Shown: in pieces, positions 53,358 through 63,722 of the stretch
Position numbering within the stretch: position 1 is the stretch's first letter
How the letters are laid out: each line of letters begins with the position of its first letter
Assembly: GCA_964010765.1 (NCBI GenBank)
Contig: CAXGMD010000001.1
Location: 32,001-96,000, forward strand
DNA: 64,000 bases
Source of the DNA: an uncultured bacterium
Lineage (GTDB): Bacteria; SAR324; NAC60-12
Direction: 5' to 3'
Program-made: the position numbers and the translations under genes
Notes under the pieces: model-generated
Told to the model about the DNA's origin: nothing
What the model saw: the letters and a program-made list of their open reading frames with translations, nothing else
The model's database searches: none

Positions 53358-54650
53358 ATGAAATCTAACGAGAAATTTATTGTGCAGGGAGGGAACTCCC
53401 TTCGCGGTGAAATCACACCTTCGGGAAATAAAAACGAAGCCCTTCCAGTACTGGCAGCAGTTTTACTGACAGAGGAGCCTGTCATTCTGCACAACGTACC
53501 AGACATTGCCGACATTCGATCAATGATGGATCTGCTTGAGAGCTTGGGGGTCATCATTGAAGAAATTGGTCCTCATTCGTTGCGTTTTGAGTCTCGTCAA
53601 CTAACTCATTGTGATCCTGATACTGCTGCAGCCCGTGAAATCCGAGGATCATTCCTTTTAGCTGGACCGATGCTCGCCCGTTACGGTTGTATCCGCCTCC
53701 CTGCACCTGGTGGTGACCGGATTGGAATGCGCCCAGTGCAAACCCATCTTCTTGCTCTACGACAATTAGGAGCGCAGATTGAGCTGGATTCAGAGGGTCA
53801 GTATGTGATGCAAACAGATCGACTCTGTGGAACCTCAATTTACCTAGATGAAGCCAGTGTAATGGCTACAGAGAACGCGATCATGGCTGCTGTGATGGCC
53901 TGGGGTAGAACAACGATCTACAATGCGGCATGCGAACCCCACGTTCAGGGTTTGTGCAGATGCCTGTTGAAGATGGGCGCACACATTACAGGCATTGGTA
54001 GTAATTTATTGACCATAGATGGGTGTGTTCGCTTGCATGGTGCTGAATATACTATCCAGCCTGACCACACTGAAGTTGGCTCATTCATCGGTCTGGCTGC
54101 TGTCACAGGCAGTGAACTAAAGATCAGAAATGCGGGCGTTGATCAGTTGAAAATGATCAGGATGATGTTTGAAAGACTGGGGGTGGCTACAGATAGTGAA
54201 GGTGATGACTTAATGATTCCAGCAGAACAGTCTTTGAGAATCAATCAGGAATCCCCCGGGATTCCCAAGATTGATGATGCCCCGTGGCCAGGATTTCCCG
54301 CAGACCTGACAAGCATCATGACGGTGGTGGCTACGCAATGTAAAGGAACGGTTCTAATTTTCGAAAAGATGTTTGAAAGCAGACTCTTCTGGGTAGACAA
54401 GTTGATCTCAATGGGAGCTCAAATCCTCCTCTGTGATCCTCATCGCGCTGTTGTTTCAGGACCGTCCAAACTGCAAGGAATGCCTGTCTCATCTCCAGAT
54501 ATTCGAGCTGGAATGGCGCTCTTGATTGCCGCACTTTGTGCTAAAGGTGAGAGCATCATCCAAAATGTTCATCAAATTGATCGGGGCTACGAGAGAATTG
54601 ACGAACGCTTACATAGACTTGGAGCAGATATTCAGAGAGTGGATTATTAA
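53358..54650 (+). CDS. murA: UDP-N-acetylglucosamine 1-carboxyvinyltransferase
   Basis: [38 protein letters not shown] and IDRGYE. Start could be 53337 or 53358. Confidence 0.95.
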   Translation: MKSNEKFIVQGGNSLRGEITPSGNKNEALPVLAAVLLTEEPVILHNVPDIADIRSMMDLLESLGVIIEEIGPHSLRFESRQLTHCDPDTAAAREIRGSFLLAGPMLARYGCIRLPAPGGDRIGMRPVQTHLLALRQLGAQIELDSEGQYVMQTDRLCGTSIYLDEASVMATENAIMAAVMAWGRTTIYNAACEPHVQGLCRCLLKMGAHITGIGSNLLTIDGCVRLHGAEYTIQPDHTEVGSFIGLAAVTGSELKIRNAGVDQLKMIRMMFERLGVATDSEGDDLMIPAEQSLRINQESPGIPKIDDAPWPGFPADLTSIMTVVATQCKGTVLIFEKMFESRLFWVDKLISMGAQILLCDPHRAVVSGPSKLQGMPVSSPDIRAGMALLIAALCAKGESIIQNVHQIDRGYERIDERLHRLGADIQRVDY

Positions 54651-54663
54651 AGGAGTGAATAAC

Positions 54664-55701
54664 TCATCTGTTGGAAAAAAGAGGAAGTTGATCTTCTGAT
54701 CGAATGTTTATACCAAGATGCTCATAGGCTTGTCGGGTTACCATCCTGCCACGGGGTGTTCTTTGAAGAAATCCCTGCATCAGTAGGAAAGGTTCATACA
54801 CTTCCTCAAGGGTGTCTTGTTCTTCAGAAACTGCAGCAGAGAGCGTGTTCAAACCAACTGGGCCACCATCATATTTTTCGATGATAGTGCGCAGAATGTG
54901 ACAGTCCATTTGGTCCAACCCAAGCTCATCAATTCCCATCCTTGCCAAGCTCTTCTGGACCAGCGGCAGGGTGATCACTCCTCCTGTTTCTAAGTCCGCA
55001 AAATCCCGACATCGTCGTAACATCCGGTTTGCTATCCTTGGAGTACCTCGAGATCTGGTGGCCAGTTCCATCGCAGCTTCTTCTACGATTTCAATCTCAA
55101 GCAAAGCCGCAGCTCTGATGACGATCAGCTTCAGTTCTTCAGGAGTGTAGTATTCAAGCCGACATTGAATGCCAAATCGATCTCTCAGGGGTGCACTTAA
55201 TAATCCAGCACGTGTAGTTGCTCCAACGAGGGTGAATCTTGGTAGGTCTAATTTTACTGTTCTAGCTGCAGGACCCTCTCCAATGAGGATGTCCAAAGTA
55301 AAATCTTCCATTGCTGAATAAAGTACTTCCTCGACAACTCGATTCATTCGATGGATTTCATCAAGAAATAGAACAGATCCTGGTTCCAAGTTGGTCAAAA
55401 TCGCTGCTAGATCCCCCTGTCTTTCTACTACTGGACCTGAGGAAGACCTTAACGGAACTGCCAACTCATTCGCAAAAATATTGGCCAGCGTAGTTTTGCC
55501 TAGTCCTGGAGGGCCGCTCAAAAGCACATGATCTAGTGCCTGACCTCGCTTGCGAGCAGCACGAATGAAAACCCGCAGATTTTCTTTTACTGTGGATTGA
55601 CCAATATATTCACTGAGGCGGGTTGGCCGTAGGGATAAGTCCTGTGACTCACCATCCTGAATTTCTGGGGCAACAAGGCGGTCTGGATTTTCGCTATTCA
55701 A
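54664..55701 (-). CDS. ruvB: Holliday junction helicase RuvB
   Basis: Motifs LRP...[25 protein letters not shown] and RTPRGR. Confidence 0.97.
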   Translation of the reverse strand: MNSENPDRLVAPEIQDGESQDLSLRPTRLSEYIGQSTVKENLRVFIRAARKRGQALDHVLLSGPPGLGKTTLANIFANELAVPLRSSSGPVVERQGDLAAILTNLEPGSVLFLDEIHRMNRVVEEVLYSAMEDFTLDILIGEGPAARTVKLDLPRFTLVGATTRAGLLSAPLRDRFGIQCRLEYYTPEELKLIVIRAAALLEIEIVEEAAMELATRSRGTPRIANRMLRRCRDFADLETGGVITLPLVQKSLARMGIDELGLDQMDCHILRTIIEKYDGGPVGLNTLSAAVSEEQDTLEEVYEPFLLMQGFLQRTPRGRMVTRQAYEHLGINIRSEDQLPLFSNR

Positions 55702-55713
55702 AACTGAAAACCG

Positions 55714-57204
55714 TTAGTTGTGGACGGTATTACGCGATTCCTGTTTGCTAACCTCTTGAGAATTTTTTCCGATAAGAATCGGAGAGATAGCATAACCAAG
55801 CATGTAGATGAAGGCAACGTAACCGAAGAAATCTGTGAATGCAAACACAACTAAAATTAGTGTAGTTGCTCTCCCCATCCAAGGATTTTGATTGAAATAG
55901 CGACCAGCGTGGATGTATCGGATCTTGTAGATATTCATCAGTAGTGCACAAAATATCATCATTCCTGAGCAGAGATATACCCAAATCAATAAACTGGATG
56001 ATTCACTCAATCGAGCTTGTTCAACCATAATGAACGGAGCCGTTACAAGCAGAGCTGCTCCAGGAGTTGGTATGCCTTTAAAAAAGCCGGGAGTCGGGTT
56101 GGTGTCCAGAGTAAAGGCGATCAATCTGGTAATTCCAGCAACAGCATAAATTATTGCGATCAGTCCATAGGGGAGCATCTGCATTCCAGGATGATCAATC
56201 CGATCCATTAGAATATAGAAAATGATTGCAGGGGCTAAGCAAAAGCTCACTCCATCAGAGATGTCATCCAGAATCCCACCAGTTGTGATGTTTCTTCTCT
56301 TTTGCGGATCTGGAGGTTGAATCAGTCCGAGTTTTCGGGCTAGAGCTCCGTCCAACTTATCAAAGAAAGCGGCTCCCACCAGAATGATATAAGCTTGATG
56401 CATTTCCTGTTGCTGCGCAAACCAGATAGCCAGCAGTCCCATCAGAGCATTCATTATGGTCAGAGAGTTCGGTAGCGTAGCAAGAATTTTCCGACGTAGC
56501 TTCACATCCCCTAGACAAAGGTCATCTAAGCAAAATGTGCCATACTTACGGCAGTAGCTTGCAATCGATCCAAAGTTGATAATCAGAAAGAACACTTCCA
56601 AAACCATCATTGTCTGCAGTGAAAGTCCTCCAATTTGATTCAACCAATTTGGTAAAACTTCGGCAGCTTCGGGAATGTAGAAAGCGTACCCATACAGAAA
56701 AGCTCCCACTGGTGTTGCCGCCATAGTACGTAGTCGACTTAGTTCACGCATTCCAGGTGCTTCCCCATGTGTCTGTGCGAATCCCAACATAAAATGGGCA
56801 AAATGGTCTCGCATAAGGACAATGATGGCGAGCAACAGCACAAACATAGCGTGGAAAAGTTCCAAGTGTTGATTTGGACTAGATTCGGGCAGATGGTGAA
56901 AGCGCCACATCATGCCAAAAGCAACGAGGGGAAAAATAAGCGAATAGACTAGCTTGTCCATTAATCGCTCTGCTAACTCGGCAAGCTTGTGATGTGGCTG
57001 AAATCGAGCTGCAAACCAGCCATCGATAAGATCAAAGACCATAGCTATAACTAGACAAGCCATCCCCAAAAAATAAAGAGATGGATTGCGCAAGATCATG
57101 GTCAGAATCGCACAGATCAAGCCTGCAAGTGCTAAGGGGGCTCGCCCATAGACCAGCAAAGTCGTAATGCGACTTGGGATTGGGCTGGAAGTTGAGGAAT
57201 TCAT
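55714..57204 (-). CDS. Tandem CDP-alcohol phosphatidyltransferase fusion (PgsA-like plus PssA-like)
   Basis: Two motifs, DLIDGWFAAR and DKLDGALAR...GGILDDISD. LPNSLTIMN and FKGIPTP are PssA-like. Confidence 0.8.
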   Translation of the reverse strand: MNSSTSSPIPSRITTLLVYGRAPLALAGLICAILTMILRNPSLYFLGMACLVIAMVFDLIDGWFAARFQPHHKLAELAERLMDKLVYSLIFPLVAFGMMWRFHHLPESSPNQHLELFHAMFVLLLAIIVLMRDHFAHFMLGFAQTHGEAPGMRELSRLRTMAATPVGAFLYGYAFYIPEAAEVLPNWLNQIGGLSLQTMMVLEVFFLIINFGSIASYCRKYGTFCLDDLCLGDVKLRRKILATLPNSLTIMNALMGLLAIWFAQQQEMHQAYIILVGAAFFDKLDGALARKLGLIQPPDPQKRRNITTGGILDDISDGVSFCLAPAIIFYILMDRIDHPGMQMLPYGLIAIIYAVAGITRLIAFTLDTNPTPGFFKGIPTPGAALLVTAPFIMVEQARLSESSSLLIWVYLCSGMMIFCALLMNIYKIRYIHAGRYFNQNPWMGRATTLILVVFAFTDFFGYVAFIYMLGYAISPILIGKNSQEVSKQESRNTVHN

Positions 57205-57221
57205 TTGTCTACTGGATAAAG

Positions 57222-57935
57222 TTATGGTTTTTGGTGTGATTTAAGAAAATTTTCAATCCAGAGAGATATGGGTCCCAATTCAGTATTTTTTGTGAGTGAA
57301 TCTAAACCTGCTTGGCGCACTGTCTCGGGCATCTTCCCTTTGCGCATTTCCATGAGTGCATGCGAATATTCAGGTATAAACTCAGGATGACCCTGACACC
57401 CAATGATATGTTCACCAAGCTGAAACATCGCGTTGGGACAAAATTCGCTTTGGAGGATCCTTTGGGCTTGTGGAGGTAATTTGGTGACCTGATCCTGATG
57501 ACTGACCAAGACCTTCACCTCCTCAACTTTCGGAATCATCCAATCTTTGTTTGAAACTACACGATGGTGTGCTATCCCAACACCCCAACCTTTTTGACTT
57601 TCCAGAGTTTCACCGCCCAGTGCTTGCGCTAGCAGCTGATGGCCAAAACAAATACCCACGGTTGGAATCTTTTGTTGATGCAAACTACGCACGAAGGATT
57701 CAAGATCCCTGATCCATTGCAGATCCTCATAGACGCTTGATGCGCTTCCAGTCAATATATAGGCTTCGCAAAGATTAGTCTGATCAGGTAATTCAGCGTC
57801 GCATGCCGCAAAGTTCAGGAGTTCGTGCTGAGGATTTTGAGCATGAATCATGGTTGCAAACATTTCTGGATAATTACCGAACTTGGGCTGCAGTTCGGAT
57901 TTTACGTGATCGCACTGAAGAATTCCAATTCTCAT
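57222..57935 (-). CDS. Class I glutamine amidotransferase-like protein
   Basis: Motifs TGS, GICFGHQ, HQDQV and QGHPEF. Confidence 0.9.
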   Translation of the reverse strand: MRIGILQCDHVKSELQPKFGNYPEMFATMIHAQNPQHELLNFAACDAELPDQTNLCEAYILTGSASSVYEDLQWIRDLESFVRSLHQQKIPTVGICFGHQLLAQALGGETLESQKGWGVGIAHHRVVSNKDWMIPKVEEVKVLVSHQDQVTKLPPQAQRILQSEFCPNAMFQLGEHIIGCQGHPEFIPEYSHALMEMRKGKMPETVRQAGLDSLTKNTELGPISLWIENFLKSHQKP

Positions 57936-57959
57936 AGATTGTTTACCAGTTCATTACAG

Positions 57960-58742
57960 ATGACAGATCAGCCACTTCGAAAGCTCGAGTTCCTACATGC
58001 CAATGGATTTCCAGCAAGTTCTTATCAGCAATTATTTAAAAATTTTGAGGATTTTGACGTCCATTTTGTTGAATCATTAGGGCAGCTTGATAAAGGTTTG
58101 CCCCAAGATTGGGAATCAATTGCGGACCAAGTCCTTTCGCAAATGAACTCTCATCAACCGAGCGTGGGTGTGGGACATTCATTGGGAGCCGTAGTTTTAC
58201 TTTATGCTGCGGAACAAAGGCCGGAAGCTTTTACAAACATAATTTTACTGGATCCACCCCTCTTTTCATTTGGCAAGCGGGCATCTTTGTGGTTATTGAA
58301 AAAATTCGGAAAAATGGATCGGGTTACTCCAGCTCGTACAGCTCTTAGACGCCGCGAAGCCTTTTCTTCTCATCAAGAAGCTTTTGATCAATTGCGAAAA
58401 CGCAGTTTTTTTCGCAAGTTTTCCGATCAGGTATTGACTGACTATGTTTCAAATGGCTTCATTGAGCAAGCAGACTGCGTAAAGCTGCATATTCCCAAAG
58501 AGTTGGAATATCATCTTTTCCAAACTATTCCATTGCACTTTTCTAAGTCCTGGAAAGGGCTAGAAGGCCATTTGGTATTCGCAAGTGATAAAGGAGTGCT
58601 TCAGCATTCCGACCGCAATGAACTTCGTAAGACTCTACCGGGTTTTCAGCAAACGGCTTTCAATGGAGGACACATGTTTCCTCTGGAGCAGCCAGAAAAG
58701 ACCGCTAAGATTATTAGAACTTTGATCAATTTAAGAGATTGA
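57960..58742 (+). CDS. Alpha/beta hydrolase
   Basis: HANGF, GHSLG and GGHMFPLE. The ATG at 57960 avoids overlap with the divergent gene. Confidence 0.88.
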   Translation: MTDQPLRKLEFLHANGFPASSYQQLFKNFEDFDVHFVESLGQLDKGLPQDWESIADQVLSQMNSHQPSVGVGHSLGAVVLLYAAEQRPEAFTNIILLDPPLFSFGKRASLWLLKKFGKMDRVTPARTALRRREAFSSHQEAFDQLRKRSFFRKFSDQVLTDYVSNGFIEQADCVKLHIPKELEYHLFQTIPLHFSKSWKGLEGHLVFASDKGVLQHSDRNELRKTLPGFQQTAFNGGHMFPLEQPEKTAKIIRTLINLRD

Positions 58743-58868
58743 CGCTAGAAATCCTTATTCGAATTCTAATCACAATCAAAATAGAGGGGTGTTCGAAATT
58801 CCTATTCGAGGAGCTGAATTTCCAAATCAAACTTAGGCAAGTTCCAGTAATGCTGGATACGATCTAAA

Positions 58869-59219
58869 TTAATTAATCCAACGGAGAGCCAAGACACCTC
58901 CGAGAAAAACAATACCAATCAAAGGCTGTACGAAAAGAAGCATCATTCCCACCAGCAATAGGCAAAGCGTTGCAACATTGAGAGCAAGTGGATTTCGGTC
59001 GGGAAGAGGTGGTTGCTTTGATGTTGATTTATTTTCTGCTTCAACCTCAGATTCAACTTCCTTTAGGATATCTGATAACTCTTGATCTGTCAGACCATAT
59101 ACTTCCTTAACAGCCTCTAATTCACTTTGAAATTCAACTGCCTGCTGTTGCTGTTCCCTGTAACTTTCAGCTTTTTTTTGAACCCTTCGTAATAGGTCTC
59201 GGTATTGTTCTTCCACCAT
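58869..59219 (-). CDS. Hypothetical protein with a C-terminal TM hairpin
   Basis: Charged helical N-terminus and hydrophobic C-terminus; starts 4 nt after the PilZ gene stop. Confidence 0.65.
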   Translation of the reverse strand: MVEEQYRDLLRRVQKKAESYREQQQQAVEFQSELEAVKEVYGLTDQELSDILKEVESEVEAENKSTSKQPPLPDRNPLALNVATLCLLLVGMMLLFVQPLIGIVFLGGVLALRWIN

Positions 59220-59223
59220 CCTT

Positions 59224-60429
59224 CTAGGCAGCCACCTGTTGTTTCTTGTAACGATGCAGAAATTGCAAAAGCTTGATCCGTGTCAGGGCGTTGCTGTCAC
59301 GAAATTGCAGGTGAACATTTAATTGTTTACCGCTTGGAATTGTGGCCAAAACAGTTGCTGCCATATTTTCCAGTAAGCTTGCGCCTGAGAGGTGGAACAG
59401 AAAAATTTCGCCATTTTTCAATGGATCTTCAAGTTTCTGTGTAATCGCTAGTTTCATACCTCCTGCGCTCATGTCAATAATCTTGCCTTTGATCTTATAA
59501 TCATCAGCAGATCCACGTACAGAGCGCATCTCTTGTTCGTATTCGCTTGCCTCCACTCTTCTGAAAAGAGCGTCTTGATTGAGTTCGAGTCGCTCAGATT
59601 CACGTATCGCCATTTTTCGAATGTCGTTACTATGACCCAACCAGACAATTCCCGGAGTTTCTGTTTTTTGTTCTTCAACTCTCAATGCGAACTCATAATC
59701 AGCGTCCCCCTGGCGCCGGACACGACATTTGATGACCTTAAACTGCAAAAGATTTGCGGGCCGCCGCTTGATCATGGGAGGGTCAATGCGCACACCTCGC
59801 TCACTAACTTCCTTGATTAAGGAAATGAAAGCTAATTGTCTACCCTTAGCTGTTACTGAGCACTCCACCCGCATGTTTGGGAGTAGCATCTTCGTATTGA
59901 TGACTTCACAATCTTTGTTGGTGAGATTAAACTGCAGCTTAGTCCGCATAGCATGAATTGCAGCCATTAATTCTGCATCTAAGCTTCCCTCCTCGATCAG
60001 TTCATCCACAGCTTCCTCAAAAAGTTTGTTGCTGCGCATCATCGAGAGGATCTCCTCTGCCTCACGTTTATTCCCAAGCCGATGTACTAACTCTACTTCA
60101 TCCTCTGACATCTTCAGACTTTCGTAAAGAGTATGCAGAGTCATGTCAGTCTGTTCTCGCTTGATCCGAATTTGTTCTAATTCCTCCATTTTGGCACGAT
60201 AGAAGCGCAGACCAAAGAAGCCACCAACTGCAGCAGAGATCGCAAAGCCAACTCCAACATAAAAGCTAGTGGGGATGACTGCAGGTGTGTCATAGTTTGC
60301 TTGCAAGTCTGTTAGTTGGAAATTTCCGGATGCTGACTTTTGACCACACAGCCAGAACCATAACAATGGTGAAATCAGCAAGAGTATTCTTTTTCGGCTG
60401 AGGAACCAGATGTGGGAGATTTGTTTCAT
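59224..60429 (-). CDS. Membrane-anchored YcgR-like PilZ-domain (c-di-GMP receptor) protein
   Basis: RESER (RxxxR) and DMSAGG (DxSxxG) motifs, preceded by a YcgR-N-like beta domain and N-terminal hydrophobic segments. Confidence 0.8.
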   Translation of the reverse strand: MKQISHIWFLSRKRILLLISPLLWFWLCGQKSASGNFQLTDLQANYDTPAVIPTSFYVGVGFAISAAVGGFFGLRFYRAKMEELEQIRIKREQTDMTLHTLYESLKMSEDEVELVHRLGNKREAEEILSMMRSNKLFEEAVDELIEEGSLDAELMAAIHAMRTKLQFNLTNKDCEVINTKMLLPNMRVECSVTAKGRQLAFISLIKEVSERGVRIDPPMIKRRPANLLQFKVIKCRVRRQGDADYEFALRVEEQKTETPGIVWLGHSNDIRKMAIRESERLELNQDALFRRVEASEYEQEMRSVRGSADDYKIKGKIIDMSAGGMKLAITQKLEDPLKNGEIFLFHLSGASLLENMAATVLATIPSGKQLNVHLQFRDSNALTRIKLLQFLHRYKKQQVAA

Positions 60430-60528
60430 GTTCTTATTCAGTAAAGTTTAGTAGATTCATTATGCAAATCAGTTAGAAACGGTTGGAATGAATGCACTTC
60501 GAGTGCAAATTTAAGCTCAACAGTCTTG

Positions 60529-61356
60529 TTACTCCATGTACCATTCTTCTTCCAGGGTATCCTTGTCAATGTTTGCCTTGCTGATAAGCTTGATGTCAGA
60601 GGAGTGGTGCATTACCAACACATTTTGTTTGCCTTGCTTTTGGGCTAGGAACGGAAGCCTAAACTCATAAATTCCGTCTTTGTGACGTTCAATTTGGCAA
60701 CTTATTTCAGCCACGTCCTTGATCTCGACAGGCCGCTCTCCCACCTGAGGAGTTTTGATCAGTAGCTTGGATTCGCTTTGGGCAAGCACAATGGAGTCGA
60801 ATTTGAGCTTCCGTTCACCGAGTTGAACCTGACATTGGAGAGCCTGACCGATCGGAAGCAATTTTGAACTTGTGAACGGGATGTTAGAGTTGTTCAGGCT
60901 CAGATTCAATAACTTCCGTGTTTGGGTAAGTGCTTTTTGGGCCTCAGCAGAGTTTTGCTCCAATTCAAGATACTCTTCAGAGCGCTTATCAAAGGCAGCT
61001 AAGGATCTACTAAAATTCATAATTTCGATCGGATCTTTAGTTCCGAGCACAGCCTCTATAAGCTTACGAAGTTCAAAGGCATTAGGACCGGATCCTATCA
61101 TCGAATTCAGCAGTCGCTCAGCATGATCAAAGTTGTACTTTTGGCGCATTTTGACTTCGGATTTGCGCTTCAGCTGAATTTGAACGATCAGAATGATGAT
61201 CAGTAGGACAGCTAATACTCCTGCACCAATAATCCACTCAAGTGGTACCTCAACCTGCTGCGTTTTTGGAGCAAGATCTGATACCTCAAAGTTTTGTTGA
61301 CCAGAAAAAAAGAACCAAAGACTGAACCAACTACCCAGTTTGAGTGCCTGCTTCAT
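60529..61356 (-). CDS. Membrane-anchored paralogue of the adjacent PilZ protein, lacking the PilZ domain
   Basis: Blocks WFFFSGQQNFEVSDL, SKLLP, YEF and HSSDI are shared with the 59224-60429 protein. Confidence 0.65.
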   Translation of the reverse strand: MKQALKLGSWFSLWFFFSGQQNFEVSDLAPKTQQVEVPLEWIIGAGVLAVLLIIILIVQIQLKRKSEVKMRQKYNFDHAERLLNSMIGSGPNAFELRKLIEAVLGTKDPIEIMNFSRSLAAFDKRSEEYLELEQNSAEAQKALTQTRKLLNLSLNNSNIPFTSSKLLPIGQALQCQVQLGERKLKFDSIVLAQSESKLLIKTPQVGERPVEIKDVAEISCQIERHKDGIYEFRLPFLAQKQGKQNVLVMHHSSDIKLISKANIDKDTLEEEWYME

Positions 61357-62056
61357 GGGAATCTCCGACAATAATTCAGATTGTTACATAAAACTACCGC
61401 TACGAAGTATTCTCGTTTTTGGTGGGAGTTTCAATCCAGTACATCATGGACACATCGAGCTGATCAAAAATTTGCTAAAACTTGGGGGTGAACCAGAGAT
61501 TTTAGTAATTCCTGCCGCTCAATCTCCGTTCAAATCAAGAGAAGATCTGATTCCAGCAGAAACTAGATGGCAACTTTTGGAGATTGCCTTGCCAAAAAAT
61601 CCCCGATTACACTTATTGAATATTGAAGTTAATCGCTCAGGGTTAAGTTATTCATATGAAACTTGGCAGCAACTTTATGAGCAATACAGGTCAGAAAACT
61701 GGTTTTGGGTTATTGGCAGTGATACTTTTGCTGAGTTTGACCGATGGTATCGAGTTGATGAATTTGTAAAAAAAATTCAGCTAATAATCGTCAAGCGTAA
61801 GGAGGAAAGGGTCCGAGATGTCTCGGCTTTTTGGAGCCCGCTGACTCGTTTATTTCCAGAAGGGCAAAATTCAATGGATGAAAAGGAGTTTCGGCACGAT
61901 GGGCAACGAATCGCAACCAGTCTGGACTTCGATCTCCCCGCCGTAAGTTCCTCAGAGATTCGAAAAGGTAAATCTAAAACTCAATGGATTGTGCCCAGCA
62001 CCAGACTCATTCTACAATCTGCTTTGGATGACTTGAGAGTTGATCGAGAAAGATGA
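61355..62056 (+). CDS. nadD: Nicotinate-nucleotide adenylyltransferase
   Basis: FGGSFNPVHHGH, SPFK, IGSD and VSSSEIR. The start is uncertain. Confidence 0.92.
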   Translation: MGISDNNSDCYIKLPLRSILVFGGSFNPVHHGHIELIKNLLKLGGEPEILVIPAAQSPFKSREDLIPAETRWQLLEIALPKNPRLHLLNIEVNRSGLSYSYETWQQLYEQYRSENWFWVIGSDTFAEFDRWYRVDEFVKKIQLIIVKRKEERVRDVSAFWSPLTRLFPEGQNSMDEKEFRHDGQRIATSLDFDLPAVSSSEIRKGKSKTQWIVPSTRLILQSALDDLRVDRER

Positions 62057-62612
62057 GCTAAGAAAACGGATGCGCCAACGCCGCAAAGCGATGGATCCAA
62101 ACACCATTGATGCTGCATCAAAAGAAATTTTTAGGCATTTGCTTAATTCAAGGTTGTGGCAAGAAGCCAAAGTGATTCACACCTTTTTGCCTCAGAATAC
62201 CGAACCAAATACTTTTTTCTTGGTTCAAGAAGCTCTGCGAACAAAACGGCGGGTGCAAGTGCCGAAAGTGGCTGGACCTTCCCATCTCACACATCATTGG
62301 TTGGAGGATATCAAATTACTGAAAAAGAGTTCTTGGGGTATTCCAGAGATTCAGGATAGTGCTGCCTCTGTAGCTGAGCTCTCCAAAATTGATCTAGTAC
62401 TAGTGCCTGCATTAGCCTTAAGTCGAGAGGGGGCTAGGCTAGGCCAGGGTAGAGGATATTATGACCGCTTCCTGAATCAATTAAATGGGGCGAGAACTCT
62501 CGGAGTGGGATTCGATTGGCAAATTTTGGAGCATATCCCTGAAGAATCGCACGACAGACGACTTAATGGAGTAATAACAGAAAGCCAACTATTTTGGCCT
62601 CTTGGTGAATAA
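62040..62612 (+). CDS. 5-formyltetrahydrofolate cyclo-ligase
   Basis: KDELRK, DLVLVP, RLGQGRGYYDR and HD. Confidence 0.93.
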   Translation: MIEKDELRKRMRQRRKAMDPNTIDAASKEIFRHLLNSRLWQEAKVIHTFLPQNTEPNTFFLVQEALRTKRRVQVPKVAGPSHLTHHWLEDIKLLKKSSWGIPEIQDSAASVAELSKIDLVLVPALALSREGARLGQGRGYYDRFLNQLNGARTLGVGFDWQILEHIPEESHDRRLNGVITESQLFWPLGE

Positions 62613-62627
62613 TTTTGTGATGTTTTC

Positions 62628-63704
62628 ATGGATAAAGAAAATTCCACGAAGGTGGAAAAGCCCAATCATTGCCCTAATTTTGGGCATCAGTTGGGGAATC
62701 GTGATTTGGTTACTGCAGACGATCTAGATGAAGAAGATTTCGGAAACTCTCTGGAGAAGGAAGTTCCTGCAGAATTTCAAGGAACTCGACTAGATCGCTG
62801 GCTCGCAGAGTGGCCAGAACTTACCTCAAGGGCTGAAGCTCAGAGGCTACTGACTCAAAATCGAGTTCATCTGGATAATCAGCCAATATCTTCAGGATCA
62901 CGAAAACTACGTGAAGGCCAAAGAGTGCAAGTTTGGCTTCCCCTCCCTGTGGCATCCGAGCTTGAGCCAGAAAACGGTCCCTTGGAGATTCTCTTTGAAG
63001 ATGAGCACCTGATCGTTTTAAACAAACCGGCTGGCCTGGTTGTCCATCCAGCTCCTGGCAATTATATTGGTACGCTCGTTCAAAGGCTGTTACATCACTG
63101 TAAAGACCTATCCGGGATAGGGGGAGTCCAGCGGCCTGGAATTGTTCACAGGTTGGATAAGGATACCTCAGGTATTCTGGTAGTTGCCAAACATGATCAA
63201 GCCCACCAGAGGCTAGCTCGTCAATTCAGAAAACATTCAATCCACCGTCTTTACAGCGCACTGGTTTGGGGCAATCTTGTTACTCTTCAAGGGACAATTG
63301 AAGCCCCAATCGGGAGGCATCCCAGAGATCGAAAAATGATGGCGATCGTAGAAAATGGGCGTGCTGCTACAACTTATTGGACGCAGTTAGCTAGATGGGA
63401 TGGCCTGACTCACATCTCTTGTGAATTGGAGACTGGTCGAACCCATCAAATACGGGTGCATCTCAGTTCGCAAGGACATCCTCTAGTTGGTGATCCAGTT
63501 TATGGGCAATTAGGAAAGACAAAGCATATGCCTGATGATGTTATTTTGGCCTTGCAGTCCTTTCCTCGGCAAGCCCTTCATGCTGCAGAGTTGGGATTTG
63601 AGCACCCAATCTCTCAAGAAATAATGGAATTTTCAGTAGAAGAACCAAAAGATTTTCAAAATCTTTTGAGTTTGCTCCATGAAAAACTGGCACCCTTGAC
63701 CTAA
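62628..63704 (+). CDS. rluD: RluA-family pseudouridine synthase (RluD-type)
   Basis: S4-like RLD segment; NKPAGLVVHP, HRLDKDTSG, TGRTHQIRVH and QALHA. Confidence 0.92.
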   Translation: MDKENSTKVEKPNHCPNFGHQLGNRDLVTADDLDEEDFGNSLEKEVPAEFQGTRLDRWLAEWPELTSRAEAQRLLTQNRVHLDNQPISSGSRKLREGQRVQVWLPLPVASELEPENGPLEILFEDEHLIVLNKPAGLVVHPAPGNYIGTLVQRLLHHCKDLSGIGGVQRPGIVHRLDKDTSGILVVAKHDQAHQRLARQFRKHSIHRLYSALVWGNLVTLQGTIEAPIGRHPRDRKMMAIVENGRAATTYWTQLARWDGLTHISCELETGRTHQIRVHLSSQGHPLVGDPVYGQLGKTKHMPDDVILALQSFPRQALHAAELGFEHPISQEIMEFSVEEPKDFQNLLSLLHEKLAPLT

Positions 63705-63722
63705 TACCTCCTCTCCAAAAAT

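Noticed and set aside
60493..60507. Palindrome TGCAC-TTCGA-GTGCA between the PilZ paralogues as an NtrC site
   Set aside because: The spacer is 5 nt rather than 7; more likely a small RNA hairpin with no assignable function.
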